A stretch of 64,000 nucleotides of DNA from positions 608,001 through 672,000 of the forward strand of contig OY968796.1 of assembly GCA_963695545.1 (NCBI GenBank), read 5' to 3'. Positions within the stretch are counted from its first letter, which is position 1; the number at the start of each line of letters is the position of its first letter. This document shows positions 20,954-32,263 of the stretch, one piece after another. The notes beneath the pieces were generated by a model that worked only from the letters and a program-made list of their open reading frames with translations, did no database searches and was not told the DNA's origin. Position numbers and translations under genes: made by a program. The stretch is from Terriglobia bacterium. GTDB lineage: Bacteria; Acidobacteriota; Terriglobia; Acidiferrales; UBA7541.

Positions 20954-21322
20954 TTGCTGACGCCTGCTCACATGTTTCGGATGCTGAACGAACTGGTCTT
21001 CATCCTTCTAGGGGGCCTACTCGTGTGGCTGGGCCTTACGAACCATTTTTTCTTCGATCCGCGCAAGCCGGCATGGCTGTTGATGGGCGCGGTGCTGTTG
21101 ACTTGGGGAACAGGAAGCTATTGGCGTTCTTCGCGCATCCCGGTGCGAACTTGGCGACTTGTCATGCGAATCCGGGGCGCTACGCTTGGCCTGCTGGGCG
21201 CGCTGATGCTTTCGATGGCTTGGCTCGAGTTTCGCTGGACGGGCGCAGCCCTCGCCGCCGCGGGCATCATCCTGATCCTCCGCGGTGTGGCCAGTGCAGC
21301 GCTCTTTCTCGGAACCGCTTGA
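20954..21322 (+). CDS. Hypothetical membrane protein
   Basis: About four hydrophobic segments, operon-like position. Confidence 0.7.
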   Translation: MLTPAHMFRMLNELVFILLGGLLVWLGLTNHFFFDPRKPAWLLMGAVLLTWGTGSYWRSSRIPVRTWRLVMRIRGATLGLLGALMLSMAWLEFRWTGAALAAAGIILILRGVASAALFLGTA

Positions 21323-21340
21323 CCATCGCGAGGGAGAAAG

Positions 21341-21817
21341 ATGGAAGCGAACACGAAAAAGAAAGTTTTGCGCCTGATTCCTTACGGGCTGTTCGTGGCC
21401 ACTTCGCGCGCGGATCAGAAATTCGGCGCAGGCACAATCAACTGGGTGACGCAGTCGTCGTTCGCGCCTCCGTTGGTGGTTGCCTGCATCAAAGCGGACA
21501 GCACGCTGCACGAAGTGATCGCGGCTTCGCGCGTGTTCGCGCTGCACGTGCTCGCAAAAAACCAAAAAGATATGGCCACCGCGTTTTTCAAGGGAGCGCA
21601 GCCAGAAGGCGACAAACTGAACGGCTATCGCTTTGAAAGCGGCGCAACGGGAGCGCCGATCCTGCTCGATGCGCCGGCGTGGTTTGAATGCCGCGTGGTG
21701 AACGAAATTGGCGGCGGCGACCACACAATCTTTGTCGGCGAAGTGGTGGAGGCCGGCTCCCGCCGCGACGAAGAGCCGCTGACGCTGCATGACACGGGTT
21801 TTTTCTACGGCGGTTAG
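21341..21817 (+). CDS. Flavin reductase family protein
   Basis: IPYGLFV, QSSFAPPLV, GDHTIFVGEV. Confidence 0.92.
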   Translation: MEANTKKKVLRLIPYGLFVATSRADQKFGAGTINWVTQSSFAPPLVVACIKADSTLHEVIAASRVFALHVLAKNQKDMATAFFKGAQPEGDKLNGYRFESGATGAPILLDAPAWFECRVVNEIGGGDHTIFVGEVVEAGSRRDEEPLTLHDTGFFYGG

Positions 21818-21874
21818 ACGCGGGAAGAACCGCCCCGTTGCCGGAATTCCAGGATCGTCCGAAAGGAGCCAATC

Positions 21875-22312
21875 ATGTTCAAGGAATTCAAAGAATTCGC
21901 CATGCGCGGAAATGTTCTGGATATGGCTGTGGGCATCGTGATCGGAGCGGCCTTCGGCGGAGTGGTCACATCGTTCGTTGGCGACGTGCTGATGCCGCCG
22001 ATCGGCAAATTGCTGGGCCATGCGGACTTCTCGAATTTGTTCATCAGTTTGAATGGACAGCATTACGACACCGTGGCGGCCGCGAAAGCGGCGGGCGCGG
22101 CTACGCTGAACTATGGCCTGTTCATCAACGCGGTGGTCAATTTTGTTATTGTGGCCTTCGCGATTTTTCTATTGGTGCGCGCGGTGAACCGCATGCGGGA
22201 ACCGGCGCCGGCCCCGGCCGCGACGACGCGGGAATGCCCGCGCTGTCTTTCAAGCGTGCCGCTTAAGGCCACGCGCTGCGCGTTTTGCACTTCGGACTTG
22301 TCGCCTTCCTGA
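21875..22312 (+). CDS. mscL: Large-conductance mechanosensitive channel
   Basis: [35 protein letters not shown]. Confidence 0.96.
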   Translation: MFKEFKEFAMRGNVLDMAVGIVIGAAFGGVVTSFVGDVLMPPIGKLLGHADFSNLFISLNGQHYDTVAAAKAAGAATLNYGLFINAVVNFVIVAFAIFLLVRAVNRMREPAPAPAATTRECPRCLSSVPLKATRCAFCTSDLSPS

Positions 22313-22354
22313 TTTTCGCCGGCTCCGAGTGGAGCGCGTACGCGACACGCGAGG

Positions 22355-24628
22355 TCAAGTTTTCGGCGGCGGTTCGCACTTAGCGCGATTGCTGCCCAAG
22401 TGGTCGCGCAGCCGCGCGACAATTTCGGCCTCCTGGCCGTTCGCCATGTTTTTCTTCACTTCGTCCAGCGCGAAGTGCACCACATCGTGGTGGTGCAATT
22501 CCTCCGGCGCAAGCAGATCGCTGAAGCGCAGCCAAAGCTGGTGCACCAGGCGCACTTCGTTTGAGGTGAGGTTCGGCGAGTGCGGACCCAGGAGGAAAAA
22601 TTCCTTTTCTCCGGTGGGCGTAAATATCTCCACATTGAAGGGTGGCCGCGGATCGGGCAGCGCTTCCCAGGCGACGCCGATCTGACGCGCCTGCTCGGCG
22701 GCGGTGAATTTGGTGGAGTGTCCCAAGACGATCGTCGAAGATTGCAGCCCGACGGCCGCGCGCACGATGCCGTCCCACGGGTCGGTCGCGCCCACCACGG
22801 CCAGGCGTATGGATTTCCCGCTGCGCTCCGCCAAAGCCAGCGCCTGCGTGAAAAGATACTGCTCGACGCTGCCGAACAATTGTTCGGCATCGAGCTCGCT
22901 TTCGCCCGAGGCGGCCCGGCGCAACACGCGCAGATGCAGGACGACGACGTCGCGGCGCTCCGGTTTGACGCGATCGAGCACCGCCGCCAGGTGATACATC
23001 GCGTGGTAATTGCTCACCGGCACGAGCACGTTCCCGGGACGGCAATCCACGCTCTCCGGCGAAAGCTCCTTCTGCGAAGCCACATTGAATTGATCCAACT
23101 CGACATGGGCCGCGCCTTTGTACTTCTTCCGCGTGTAGTGCTCGGACACTTCAAACACGCCGAACAGTGCGAACGAGAAAATCAAGCCCGCAATCGTCGC
23201 GTCGGGTTTGGTGAACAGATTCACGACGGCCATGGTGAGCAACACCAACGTGATCAGGCCGAGCCCGAGTGGAATTTCCACGCCGCCAATTTTGAAATTG
23301 AGCGGCACTCGATATTCGCGCCCACCGGGATGCGTGTAGCGCAGCACAAGCACCGCGATCCCTTTTGTCGCAAAGCTCCAAATCACACCGAACGCGTAAA
23401 GGTTGCCGAGGAACGTAACATCGCCGCGGCTCGCAACGATGGTGACGATTTGCATGATCACAATCATGTTGATGAGCCGGTGCGAAGTGCCGTACTTGCG
23501 GTGCGGCTGGCGGAACCAATCGCTCAGCACGCCGTCTTCGGAGACCCGGTTGAGCACGCCGTTCGATCCAATGATGGCCGTATTCACCGCGCCCGCCAGG
23601 ATCAGCGTCCCCACGGCAACCACGAACACGTGGAATAGCAGGCGCAGCTTATACGGACCCGCCAGGTTCATCGCCAGCCCGCCGATCAGGTTTTCCAGGA
23701 AGTGCTGGCGAATCGCGTCGGGAATCAGCATCACGGCGAAGATCGAAACCATCGACGTGAATACCATGCTGTACACGAAAATGACTGCGCCCGCCTTTTT
23801 TAGATTCGGCAGCTTGGGGTGTTCGATCTCGCGATAGACCTGGGCCAGCGATTCTTCGCCGCTCATGGCCAGCACGGAATGGCCCAGGCCGACGAAAATC
23901 GCAATCATCGGAATCATGGCGACGATGTGAGTGCCATAGAGCCATCCGAGCGAGTGCCGGTCCATGACCACGTTGCGCGGCCACGGCGCCGGCGGCAAAG
24001 GCGCATGGCGAATCCAAGCGGTGTAAGTGCACCAGACGATCAGGATCACCACCATAACGGTGGTGATCTGCATGATCCGCAGCGCCTTGTGGCTCGATTC
24101 CGGAATGCCTTTAATGTTCAGCCACCAGAAATAGCAGGTGATCAGAATAGCGACCGTCGCAGCGGTGGCGTTCACCGGCAACGCTAGATGGATGCCGGCA
24201 TACGCCAGCATTTCGTTGATCACACCCCCTAGATACTGTCCTGCGGAAACGCCGCTGATCGGGCCAGTGAGGACGTAATCGAACATCAGCGCGGAAACGG
24301 AAAATTTCGCCAGCGTGCCGCCCAGCGCTTCTTTCACCACGCGATAAACGCCGCCGCGCACGAACATGCTGCAGCTTTCGACGTAAATCGCGCGCACGCA
24401 GTACGAGAAAATCATGATGCCCAGCACAAACCAGGGCGCGGATTTACCGATGAACTCCTCGGCCTCGCCGCCGGCGTAATACGCCGACGACGCCAAATCG
24501 TTCAGCACGATCGCGGCGGCGCGCCAATACGAAATGAACGTGAGCATGGCGGTGGTCGCCACAAGCACGCGAGGGATGGTTATGATGCGGGGAGATGCAG
24601 AACCGGGATCGCTTGGGGTCGAGGCCAT
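22355..24628 (-). CDS. APC-family permease with a cytoplasmic C-terminal (USP-like) domain
   Basis: About 12 TMs, DLASSAYY, LAMSGEESLAQ, soluble tail of ~250 aa. Confidence 0.88.
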   Translation of the reverse strand: MASTPSDPGSASPRIITIPRVLVATTAMLTFISYWRAAAIVLNDLASSAYYAGGEAEEFIGKSAPWFVLGIMIFSYCVRAIYVESCSMFVRGGVYRVVKEALGGTLAKFSVSALMFDYVLTGPISGVSAGQYLGGVINEMLAYAGIHLALPVNATAATVAILITCYFWWLNIKGIPESSHKALRIMQITTVMVVILIVWCTYTAWIRHAPLPPAPWPRNVVMDRHSLGWLYGTHIVAMIPMIAIFVGLGHSVLAMSGEESLAQVYREIEHPKLPNLKKAGAVIFVYSMVFTSMVSIFAVMLIPDAIRQHFLENLIGGLAMNLAGPYKLRLLFHVFVVAVGTLILAGAVNTAIIGSNGVLNRVSEDGVLSDWFRQPHRKYGTSHRLINMIVIMQIVTIVASRGDVTFLGNLYAFGVIWSFATKGIAVLVLRYTHPGGREYRVPLNFKIGGVEIPLGLGLITLVLLTMAVVNLFTKPDATIAGLIFSFALFGVFEVSEHYTRKKYKGAAHVELDQFNVASQKELSPESVDCRPGNVLVPVSNYHAMYHLAAVLDRVKPERRDVVVLHLRVLRRAASGESELDAEQLFGSVEQYLFTQALALAERSGKSIRLAVVGATDPWDGIVRAAVGLQSSTIVLGHSTKFTAAEQARQIGVAWEALPDPRPPFNVEIFTPTGEKEFFLLGPHSPNLTSNEVRLVHQLWLRFSDLLAPEELHHHDVVHFALDEVKKNMANGQEAEIVARLRDHLGSNRAKCEPPPKT

Positions 24629-24634
24629 CTTCTC

Positions 24635-24692
24635 TTAGAAGTTCTTAACAGCTGTTTAGGAAGCTCTTAGATTCCGTTTAGGAATTGTTTAT
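24635..24692. promoter_or_regulatory. Six TTA(G/A/T) direct repeats at 10-11-bp period upstream of the APC permease
   Basis: Starts at 24635, 24645, 24656, 24667, 24678 and 24689. Confidence 0.5.
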
Positions 24693-24822
24693 GGTCACAT
24701 TTTTGGCGCGGGATGTCCACCCCGCGGAACAAGTTCGTTCGCGGACTCTGCGGCGAGGTGTATCGGGCTGATATTGTTGGCTCTTGCGGCGCGTTGGAGA
24801 CGTCGATCAACCGCGAATCAAA

Positions 24823-25230
24823 CTATGCGACGCCCGGGCCAAACTCGCGTTGGCAATCTTCGCACGGACAGATGGTGCGCAAGTAATCGTAACTGTAAAT
24901 TCCCGTCGAATGTCCATCCGTGAAATCGATCTGCAGCGCGTAATTGCCCATGGCATGGGCCGCGCGCGCCTTGGCCTTCGGCTTGAACATCGGCAACTCG
25001 AACGCCGGCGTGGGCGGCGCAGCGACCGCCTGCGGGCCCGGGTTTGCGGCAAATTCGGCCTTTTTCGCGCGCTCGTCATTGCACAGCGCGCACGGGCAAC
25101 GCTCCCGAAGGTAGACGAAATCGTAGTGGCTCGCGTGCCCGTCGGACCACACCACGTCCACGCCCGCGCCGCTTGAAACTTGCACCTTAATATCTGCGGG
25201 TTTTCTTCTGGGATCGATCGGAATGGGCAT
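24823..25230 (-). CDS. DUF971 (GBBH-N-like) protein
   Basis: WSDGH, LRERCPCALC, GNYALQIDFTDGHSTGIYSYDYL. Confidence 0.9.
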   Translation of the reverse strand: MPIPIDPRRKPADIKVQVSSGAGVDVVWSDGHASHYDFVYLRERCPCALCNDERAKKAEFAANPGPQAVAAPPTPAFELPMFKPKAKARAAHAMGNYALQIDFTDGHSTGIYSYDYLRTICPCEDCQREFGPGVA

Positions 25231-25232
25231 CG

Positions 25233-26306
<1,074 letters not shown>

Positions 26307-26307
26307 T

Positions 26308-27450
26308 TCATTCGCCTCGCAAGATTTCCGCAGGCCGCACTCGGCCCAGCAAGCGCAGCGGTAGCGCGCCCGCCAACGCCACGCCCACCGAAAGAATTAC
26401 GGTCGCGGGCAAAACTTCCCACCGCGGCGTCACCGCCATCCCGAACACGCTCTCGCCCACCCATTCCGCAAGACCGAGTCCTAAAACGTATCCCAACACG
26501 CCTCCGGCGAGACCGAGTGTGCCCGCCTCCGCCAGAAACAGCCGCACCACGCGCGACACAGGGCCGCCGATCGCTTTCATCAATCCGACGTCGCGCCGCC
26601 GCTCCACCGCCAGCGCGGCCATCGCAGCCAGCACGCACAGCGCCGTCAGCGCCAGAATCAAAGCCACAGTCCAGAACAACAATCCGTGAATTCGACCGAG
26701 CAGCTGACCTTCGGCCTCGGTGAGCTGCCGCACCGGCCGCACTTCGAGGCCCGGCAGCGCCGCCGCCAAGGTCGTTGTGAAGGAATCAAGCTGCTCCGGC
26801 GAACCCGTGACGTCCAACTCAACCAATCCGATGCGCCCCGGCAGGGCCGCCAAATCCTGCGCGACCGGCAAGTTCACGAATATCTGATTGTCTTCGGTGC
26901 CGCCCGCGTTCACCACGCCCGCGACGGTCAGCGAAACCGTCTGCGCGCCGGAATGCAAATCAACCTGGCTGCCCGGCGCCAAGCCAAGTTGCCGCGCGGC
27001 CGCGCGTCCAACCAAACAGCGCGCCGTATCGTCACGCGACGCGATCCATTGTCCTTCGAGCGTCCACCACGAATCCATGCGCGCCACTTCGTCGAGCCAC
27101 GTGCCCGCGACAATCACAGGACTCCCCGAAGTTCCACCGACAACTCCTACGACATAAAGAAATGGCGCCGCGGCCACCACAGCCGGCGTGCGCGCCGCGC
27201 CAATTTTGCTCATGACCCCCGCGCCGTCCAGCGTAGCTTGGTCCGAAGATCCTGGTGGCGACACGACGACGTTCGCGCCAAACGCGCGAAATTCATGCGT
27301 CAATTTTCGCTGCGCGTCCAGATCGAGACCCAGCAACGCCGAGCACACCGCCGCGCCGCTGGTGACCGCGATCAGCGCCAAAATCAGACGCCCGCGCCCC
27401 GCGCGCATCAATTGCCTAAGAATTCGCCAGAACATCGATCGCCGCGCCAA
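26308..27450 (-). CDS. MacB/FtsX-like ABC permease
   Basis: GANVVV, ERRRDVGLMKAIG. Start is TTG 27450 or ATG 27435. Confidence 0.9.
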   Translation of the reverse strand: MARRSMFWRILRQLMRAGRGRLILALIAVTSGAAVCSALLGLDLDAQRKLTHEFRAFGANVVVSPPGSSDQATLDGAGVMSKIGAARTPAVVAAAPFLYVVGVVGGTSGSPVIVAGTWLDEVARMDSWWTLEGQWIASRDDTARCLVGRAAARQLGLAPGSQVDLHSGAQTVSLTVAGVVNAGGTEDNQIFVNLPVAQDLAALPGRIGLVELDVTGSPEQLDSFTTTLAAALPGLEVRPVRQLTEAEGQLLGRIHGLLFWTVALILALTALCVLAAMAALAVERRRDVGLMKAIGGPVSRVVRLFLAEAGTLGLAGGVLGYVLGLGLAEWVGESVFGMAVTPRWEVLPATVILSVGVALAGALPLRLLGRVRPAEILRGE

Positions 27451-27459
27451 GATCGCCTC

Positions 27460-28788
27460 TCACTCCCCGTGCAAAGTTTCCGACGGCCGCACGCTGGCTA
27501 CACGCCGCAGCGGCAGGATACTTCCGAGAACAACCACGCTCGCCGCGAGAAATAGCACCACCGGCAGCAGAATCAGGCGATCCACCGGCGCCACGCCGAA
27601 CACGGCCTGTCCCACGATGCGCGCGAGCACGATGCCCAGCGCGTAACCCACTCCGCCGCCGACGAACGCAAGCAGCAATTGTTCGCCGAGAAAAAGAGCG
27701 CCGACCGTGCGCCGGTTCGCGCCCAGCGCCTTCATCAATCCAATCTCCGCCTGGCGCTCGAGCACCGTGGTCGCCGACGCCGCAGCCACCGCGAGTCCCG
27801 CCGCCAGCAGCGCCGCGAGCGTCACGAGCCACATCAGCGCGCTCACGTGATTCAGCAATTGCCCTTCGCCTTCCGCCACCTGCCGAATCGCGTGCACCTC
27901 AACGCCCGGCAATTCCTGCTGCATCTGCTGCGAGATTGACGAAATGTACGGCGAGCAATACCAGCGGTCATATTCCGCCGCCGACATGGTGTGCGGATCG
28001 CGCCGCGAGAACGCGTCTTCGGGTTTCGTCAGCGCGCTCACCAACAATCGCCGGTATTGCCCCGGCCGCGCGGCCAGCGTCTGCGCGATTTCCAGCGGCG
28101 CGAGCACGGCGTTGTCTTCGCGTCCGCCGGTCGAAACGATTCCGGTCACCGCAAGCGTCGCCGCGTGTCCGCCCGCTTCGATCGCGAGCTGATCGTCCAC
28201 TCGAATCCCCGCGCTGCGCGCCAAATTCTGCCCCACCACGCATTCCGCAGCGCCGTCCGCGAACCAGCGCCCCTCGACGCGCCACCACGGATCGGTGTCG
28301 GCCACGCCCGTCGCGAAAATAGTTCCATCGGGAACGCGCACCGCGTGCCGCACCCACGTGCCAATCAACACGGCGTGCACAGGCGGCGCGGGCGTCACCG
28401 AAGAATTCGCATCGGGAGCCGCGGCGGCGGCACCGCTCCCCGCGTCACTCCATTCCACCGGCACATCGAGAAACGGCGCAAATCCAATAATATTGTTGCG
28501 CCAGAAAATTGTCTTGAGGTTGCCGAGCTGATCCACCGGCAGATACGCGCCTTCATCCACCGGCCGGTAATCCACGCCGCCGATCTCCAGCGGCAGCGTA
28601 TCGGCGATCGGGGTGACCAGCAAATTCGCGCCCAGCGAGCGAAATTCTTTCTCCAGCCGGTCGCCCACGTCCAGCGCCACCGTTAGCGTGGCCGTGGTCA
28701 CGGCAATTCCCAGCGCCAGCGCCGTGGCCATCAAGGCCTTGCGTCGCGGTTTCCGTGAAAATGAATCGCTGATGATGCGAAAAAACAT
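27460..28788 (-). CDS. MacB/FtsX-like ABC permease
   Basis: Start MFFRII; LGANLLV, WYCSPYISSI, ERQAEIGLMKALG. Confidence 0.9.
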   Translation of the reverse strand: MFFRIISDSFSRKPRRKALMATALALGIAVTTATLTVALDVGDRLEKEFRSLGANLLVTPIADTLPLEIGGVDYRPVDEGAYLPVDQLGNLKTIFWRNNIIGFAPFLDVPVEWSDAGSGAAAAAPDANSSVTPAPPVHAVLIGTWVRHAVRVPDGTIFATGVADTDPWWRVEGRWFADGAAECVVGQNLARSAGIRVDDQLAIEAGGHAATLAVTGIVSTGGREDNAVLAPLEIAQTLAARPGQYRRLLVSALTKPEDAFSRRDPHTMSAAEYDRWYCSPYISSISQQMQQELPGVEVHAIRQVAEGEGQLLNHVSALMWLVTLAALLAAGLAVAAASATTVLERQAEIGLMKALGANRRTVGALFLGEQLLLAFVGGGVGYALGIVLARIVGQAVFGVAPVDRLILLPVVLFLAASVVVLGSILPLRRVASVRPSETLHGE

Positions 28789-28798
28789 GGCGGCGGAA

Positions 28799-30076
28799 TT
28801 AGCGCGGAACCTCACCTTCGGCGCTCGCCAGCGCCGGAACGTCCACCACAATATCCGCGCCCTCGACGCGTGACGGCACACCCACAGGGTTGCAGCCCCC
28901 GACTTGCCCAATCGTCGGAATGTAAATCGCGGAACCGCAATTGCGGCACAGCACGTTCGCGCCGTCCTGCCGGTAACCGGTGCGCCCGCAAATGCGGCAG
29001 GCATCGAGCGCCACGCCCCAGCCGGTTGGTTGGCGCACGATCAGAAAACGAATCTCCGAGCCCGCGGCCTCCAGGCGAAAAATGTGCAGGTTGCCGTCGC
29101 TCACTTCTGCCGTGGGAACGCGCACTTGCCCATCGGTCACGGTCAGCAACTCCGCCGGCGGCGCGGCCTCGGCCACGCGCGCGTAAACGAAGTCTGCCGC
29201 GAGCAGCAGGATCACCGCGACAAACGTGAACGCCGACGCGAACATCCAACGCCGTTGCGAGCGCCGCTCATACGCGATGCGCCGCCGCGCGGCGTCGCCC
29301 GTTGCGGCCGAGGACGCAGCATCGCTCGCGCCAGCCGCCGCAGGCTGCTTCCCCCATTCGCGCAGCACCAGCAGCGCCGCCACGCCCAAAATCACAGCGT
29401 AAAAAAAAACATCGTTGCTCACGATCGGACCGATCCAGGCCATTTCAACCCGGCTCGATGGGATCCACTGCGATTCGCTCAACTCGTGCAATCCGCTCAC
29501 CGCAAGCTGAATCGCGACAACAGTCAAAATGATGCTCGTAGCCGAAAAGAATTTCCCGAGCGGAACCTTCAGCGTACCTTGAAAGAAAAACGCTCCCACG
29601 GCCACGGCCAGCGCGAGACCCAGCGCGGTGCCGATCCACACTTCGAGCCCTTCGGTTGAAAGCTCCACGGCGCGCAAAATCAGAACCAGCTCCGCCCCTT
29701 CGCGCACCACCATCAAATAAACGAACACGCCCAGTCCGAGCCCCGCAGCCACGCCGCCGCGGCTCGCAAACCCGGCGACGCGCTTCTCGATGTGCCCGCG
29801 TAATTCCCGCGCCGCGTGGTTCATCCACGCGATCATGGTGACCACAAACACGGCGGCGCCAAGCAGCATCAGGCCCTCGAAACCATCTTCGCTGATCTGC
29901 CAGTGGTCGAGCGCGACGGCCACCGCCGCGCTCGAAAGCACAGCCAGTATCACGCCCGCCCACACGTATCGCGCCAGTTGCCGTTGCCCAATGCGGTTGA
30001 GATAAACGAGTACGATGCCCACAATCAGGGCAGCTTCGAGACCTTCGCGCAGTGCGATCAGCAGTGAGGAGAGCAC
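28799..30076 (-). CDS. FTR1-family iron permease fused to a Cys-rich DUF2318 domain
   Basis: Two RExxE motifs (LREGLEA, VREGAEL); C-terminal DACRIC..CRNC..GGCNP. Confidence 0.9.
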   Translation of the reverse strand: MLSSLLIALREGLEAALIVGIVLVYLNRIGQRQLARYVWAGVILAVLSSAAVAVALDHWQISEDGFEGLMLLGAAVFVVTMIAWMNHAARELRGHIEKRVAGFASRGGVAAGLGLGVFVYLMVVREGAELVLILRAVELSTEGLEVWIGTALGLALAVAVGAFFFQGTLKVPLGKFFSATSIILTVVAIQLAVSGLHELSESQWIPSSRVEMAWIGPIVSNDVFFYAVILGVAALLVLREWGKQPAAAGASDAASSAATGDAARRRIAYERRSQRRWMFASAFTFVAVILLLAADFVYARVAEAAPPAELLTVTDGQVRVPTAEVSDGNLHIFRLEAAGSEIRFLIVRQPTGWGVALDACRICGRTGYRQDGANVLCRNCGSAIYIPTIGQVGGCNPVGVPSRVEGADIVVDVPALASAEGEVPR

Positions 30077-30094
30077 GTTGAGGCTTGTCGGTCC

Positions 30095-30115
30095 AGTTGC
30101 AACTCATTAGCAACT
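30095..30115. promoter_or_regulatory. Fur-box-like inverted repeat AGTTGC-N9-GCAACT
   Basis: Lies between the promoter and the FTR1 start; minus strand reads TGCTAAT-G-AGTTGCA, resembling the 7-1-7 Fur box. Confidence 0.65.
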
Positions 30116-30124
30116 AGAATCGAC

Positions 30125-30153
30125 AGTTTACACGGATGTTGCGCCTCGGTCAA
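30125..30153 (-). promoter_or_regulatory. Sigma70 promoter of the iron operon, TTGACC-N17-TAAACT
   Basis: Near-consensus with ideal spacing. Confidence 0.65.
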
Positions 30154-30324
30154 GGTCACCGCGCTCCACGGGAGATCCCCCTGCTAAAGCCTGCAACCGA
30201 TGTTGCGCGCCTTACCCCGGAATCATTCGTTCACAGCGTGCTTGAATCAATGCATGATCCGGTTTAGCGTAAGCCTAACGTCGGATCCGCGATGCCTCTG
30301 CGCCAACAAAACTGTCGAGCAATC

Positions 30325-31590
30325 ATGCGCAACGCAAGATCTGTCGGCGCTGTCCTGGCCTTGCTTCTGGTTTCCGCCGCGCTGTCCCCCGCGCGAGCGG
30401 CCGGAAACCCCATGCTCCACGCCGTCGACGGCGCCGTCGTAGACGGCGAAGGAACGTCCGTCCAATTGCGCTGCGTGAACCTGAGTCCGTGGATCGATCC
30501 GGAGCCATATCTTGTGGGGCAGGCGTTACGCGCGACCACGCTCTCGCCGTCAGAATTGAAACAGAATCTCGCGGAACTTGTCGGTGCCGCCAAGGCCCAG
30601 GCCTTCTGGCGGCAATGGGAAGACAATTTTGTCACCGAAGCGGATTTCGCTCGGCTCAAACAGCAGGGATTCGATTGCGTGCGCCTGCCGATCAACTACA
30701 AGAATATTGCCGCGACATCCTCAAACGGCGCGATCGCGCTTGATGACGCCGGCCTCGCGCCCGTTGACCACGCCGTCGCGTGGGGCGCCGAGTACGGCAT
30801 TTACGTCATGCTTGACCTGCACGTCGCGCCCGGCGGACAGAACTCTGCCTCGACCGCCGCGGATGTGCCGTCGAACGACGCAGTTGCGCGTCTGTGGCAA
30901 GGTTCCAGCGCGCGCGAGAATCAGACCATCACCGTAGCGTTGTGGCGCGCACTCGCAACGCGTTATGCGAAGGCCAGCTCCATCGGTGGATACGACTTGC
31001 TCAACGAGCCCGCGCTGCCCTCCGGCACCTCTGCGGACGAGCTTCCTCGCCTGTACAACGCCATCACCTCCGCGATCCGCTCCGTTGACCCCAATCACAT
31101 GATCATTCTTGAAGGCAATCATTACGCTCACGAATTCTCTTTCTTTCCGCTGATCACCGATGCGAACGTCATGTACGAATTCCATGAATATTCGATTTTC
31201 AATTCCGCTTGGCGCTCGCCGGATCGGAACGCGCTCGAGCCCTTTCTGCAATTGCGCGCGCAGAGCCACAAACCTCTCTGGCTCGGCGAATTCGGCGAAG
31301 AGACCTTCGACTGGCAGACGCAGATCGTGCAACTGATGAAGGCCAACCGGATCGGTTGGGCGGTCTGGCCTTGGAAACGCATCGATCTCGGGAATAATCA
31401 TCCTGTGATCGAAACCATCGCCGTGCCGGACGCATGGGAAAAACTTTTTAAGTATCTCGTCGGCGCGTGGTTCAGCGCCAAACCCGCTCCGTCCGCCGCC
31501 GAACAAGCCATGGCGCAGATGCTCGAAGCCATCCGCACGCCTAATTGCCGTGAGAACGCAGCCTTGGCACGGTCACTCGCCGCGCAGTAA
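30325..31590 (+). CDS. Secreted glycoside hydrolase family 5
   Basis: Signal peptide; VRLPINY, LDLH, LLNEP (acid/base), FHEY, LGEFG (nucleophile). Confidence 0.92.
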   Translation: MRNARSVGAVLALLLVSAALSPARAAGNPMLHAVDGAVVDGEGTSVQLRCVNLSPWIDPEPYLVGQALRATTLSPSELKQNLAELVGAAKAQAFWRQWEDNFVTEADFARLKQQGFDCVRLPINYKNIAATSSNGAIALDDAGLAPVDHAVAWGAEYGIYVMLDLHVAPGGQNSASTAADVPSNDAVARLWQGSSARENQTITVALWRALATRYAKASSIGGYDLLNEPALPSGTSADELPRLYNAITSAIRSVDPNHMIILEGNHYAHEFSFFPLITDANVMYEFHEYSIFNSAWRSPDRNALEPFLQLRAQSHKPLWLGEFGEETFDWQTQIVQLMKANRIGWAVWPWKRIDLGNNHPVIETIAVPDAWEKLFKYLVGAWFSAKPAPSAAEQAMAQMLEAIRTPNCRENAALARSLAAQ

Positions 31591-31710
31591 CGCCACGCAC
31601 CCGGCAATCGCCTTTTGTCTCGCGATTGACTCGCGATGGCCCGTCCCTTATCTCCCGTTTCGAACAAGGACCGGCAAAATGTCTTTCCGATCTGCATCTT
31701 CCGTCACCCT

Positions 31711-32079
31711 GCATTCGAATGAATTTCCACAGCCTTTCGAATAGAATTGTTGATAAGTAATATTGACACAAGCGGCATATTTGCGATACACTCATCTCGT
31801 GAACTGCAATCGCGCGTCCTCGCTTCCCGCCGTGACCCGAGCGCGCCCGCTCCGCGGATTCGAGTACGTTGCTCCGCACCCACACCGAAGCACTGAAACT
31901 CATCCTTCCATCGCACCATTCTCGCGTCGCAAACCATTTATTTTCAATTCATTGCAAAAGAGTGCGCATCTTATTGAAACAACTGAGAATCAACTATCCT
32001 GTTTTCACACTCATCCACACTCTTTTCCTGTATCCCCTTTGTTTGCCACTCTTACGCAAAACATGCCGGGTGTGTATAG
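31711..32079 (+). other. Dispersed promoter-bearing intergenic element, copy 2
   Basis: Head matches 6548-6581; body matches the reverse complement of 63421-63573; promoter TTGACA(31763)-N18-TACACT. Confidence 0.8.
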
Positions 32080-32263
32080 AGGCGATTCTCGCCACAAACC
32101 TAAAGTGCTGCCTGAGAATTGCGCGGCAACTCGCGGAAGCCTCGCGCCATCAATCTCTTACAGCGTCCGTTCCGTTGTGCGGGGCGCTGCCCGGTTCCCT
32201 GCGGATCACTCGCCGGGATATTTCACGCTGGCGCTTTCCGCTGCCGCTACAATAGCTCCTCGG

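Noticed and set aside
31763..32263. ORF-track start of the secretin (1206 aa)
   Set aside because: The TTG is the -35 hexamer of the intergenic element; the signal peptide follows ATG 32264.
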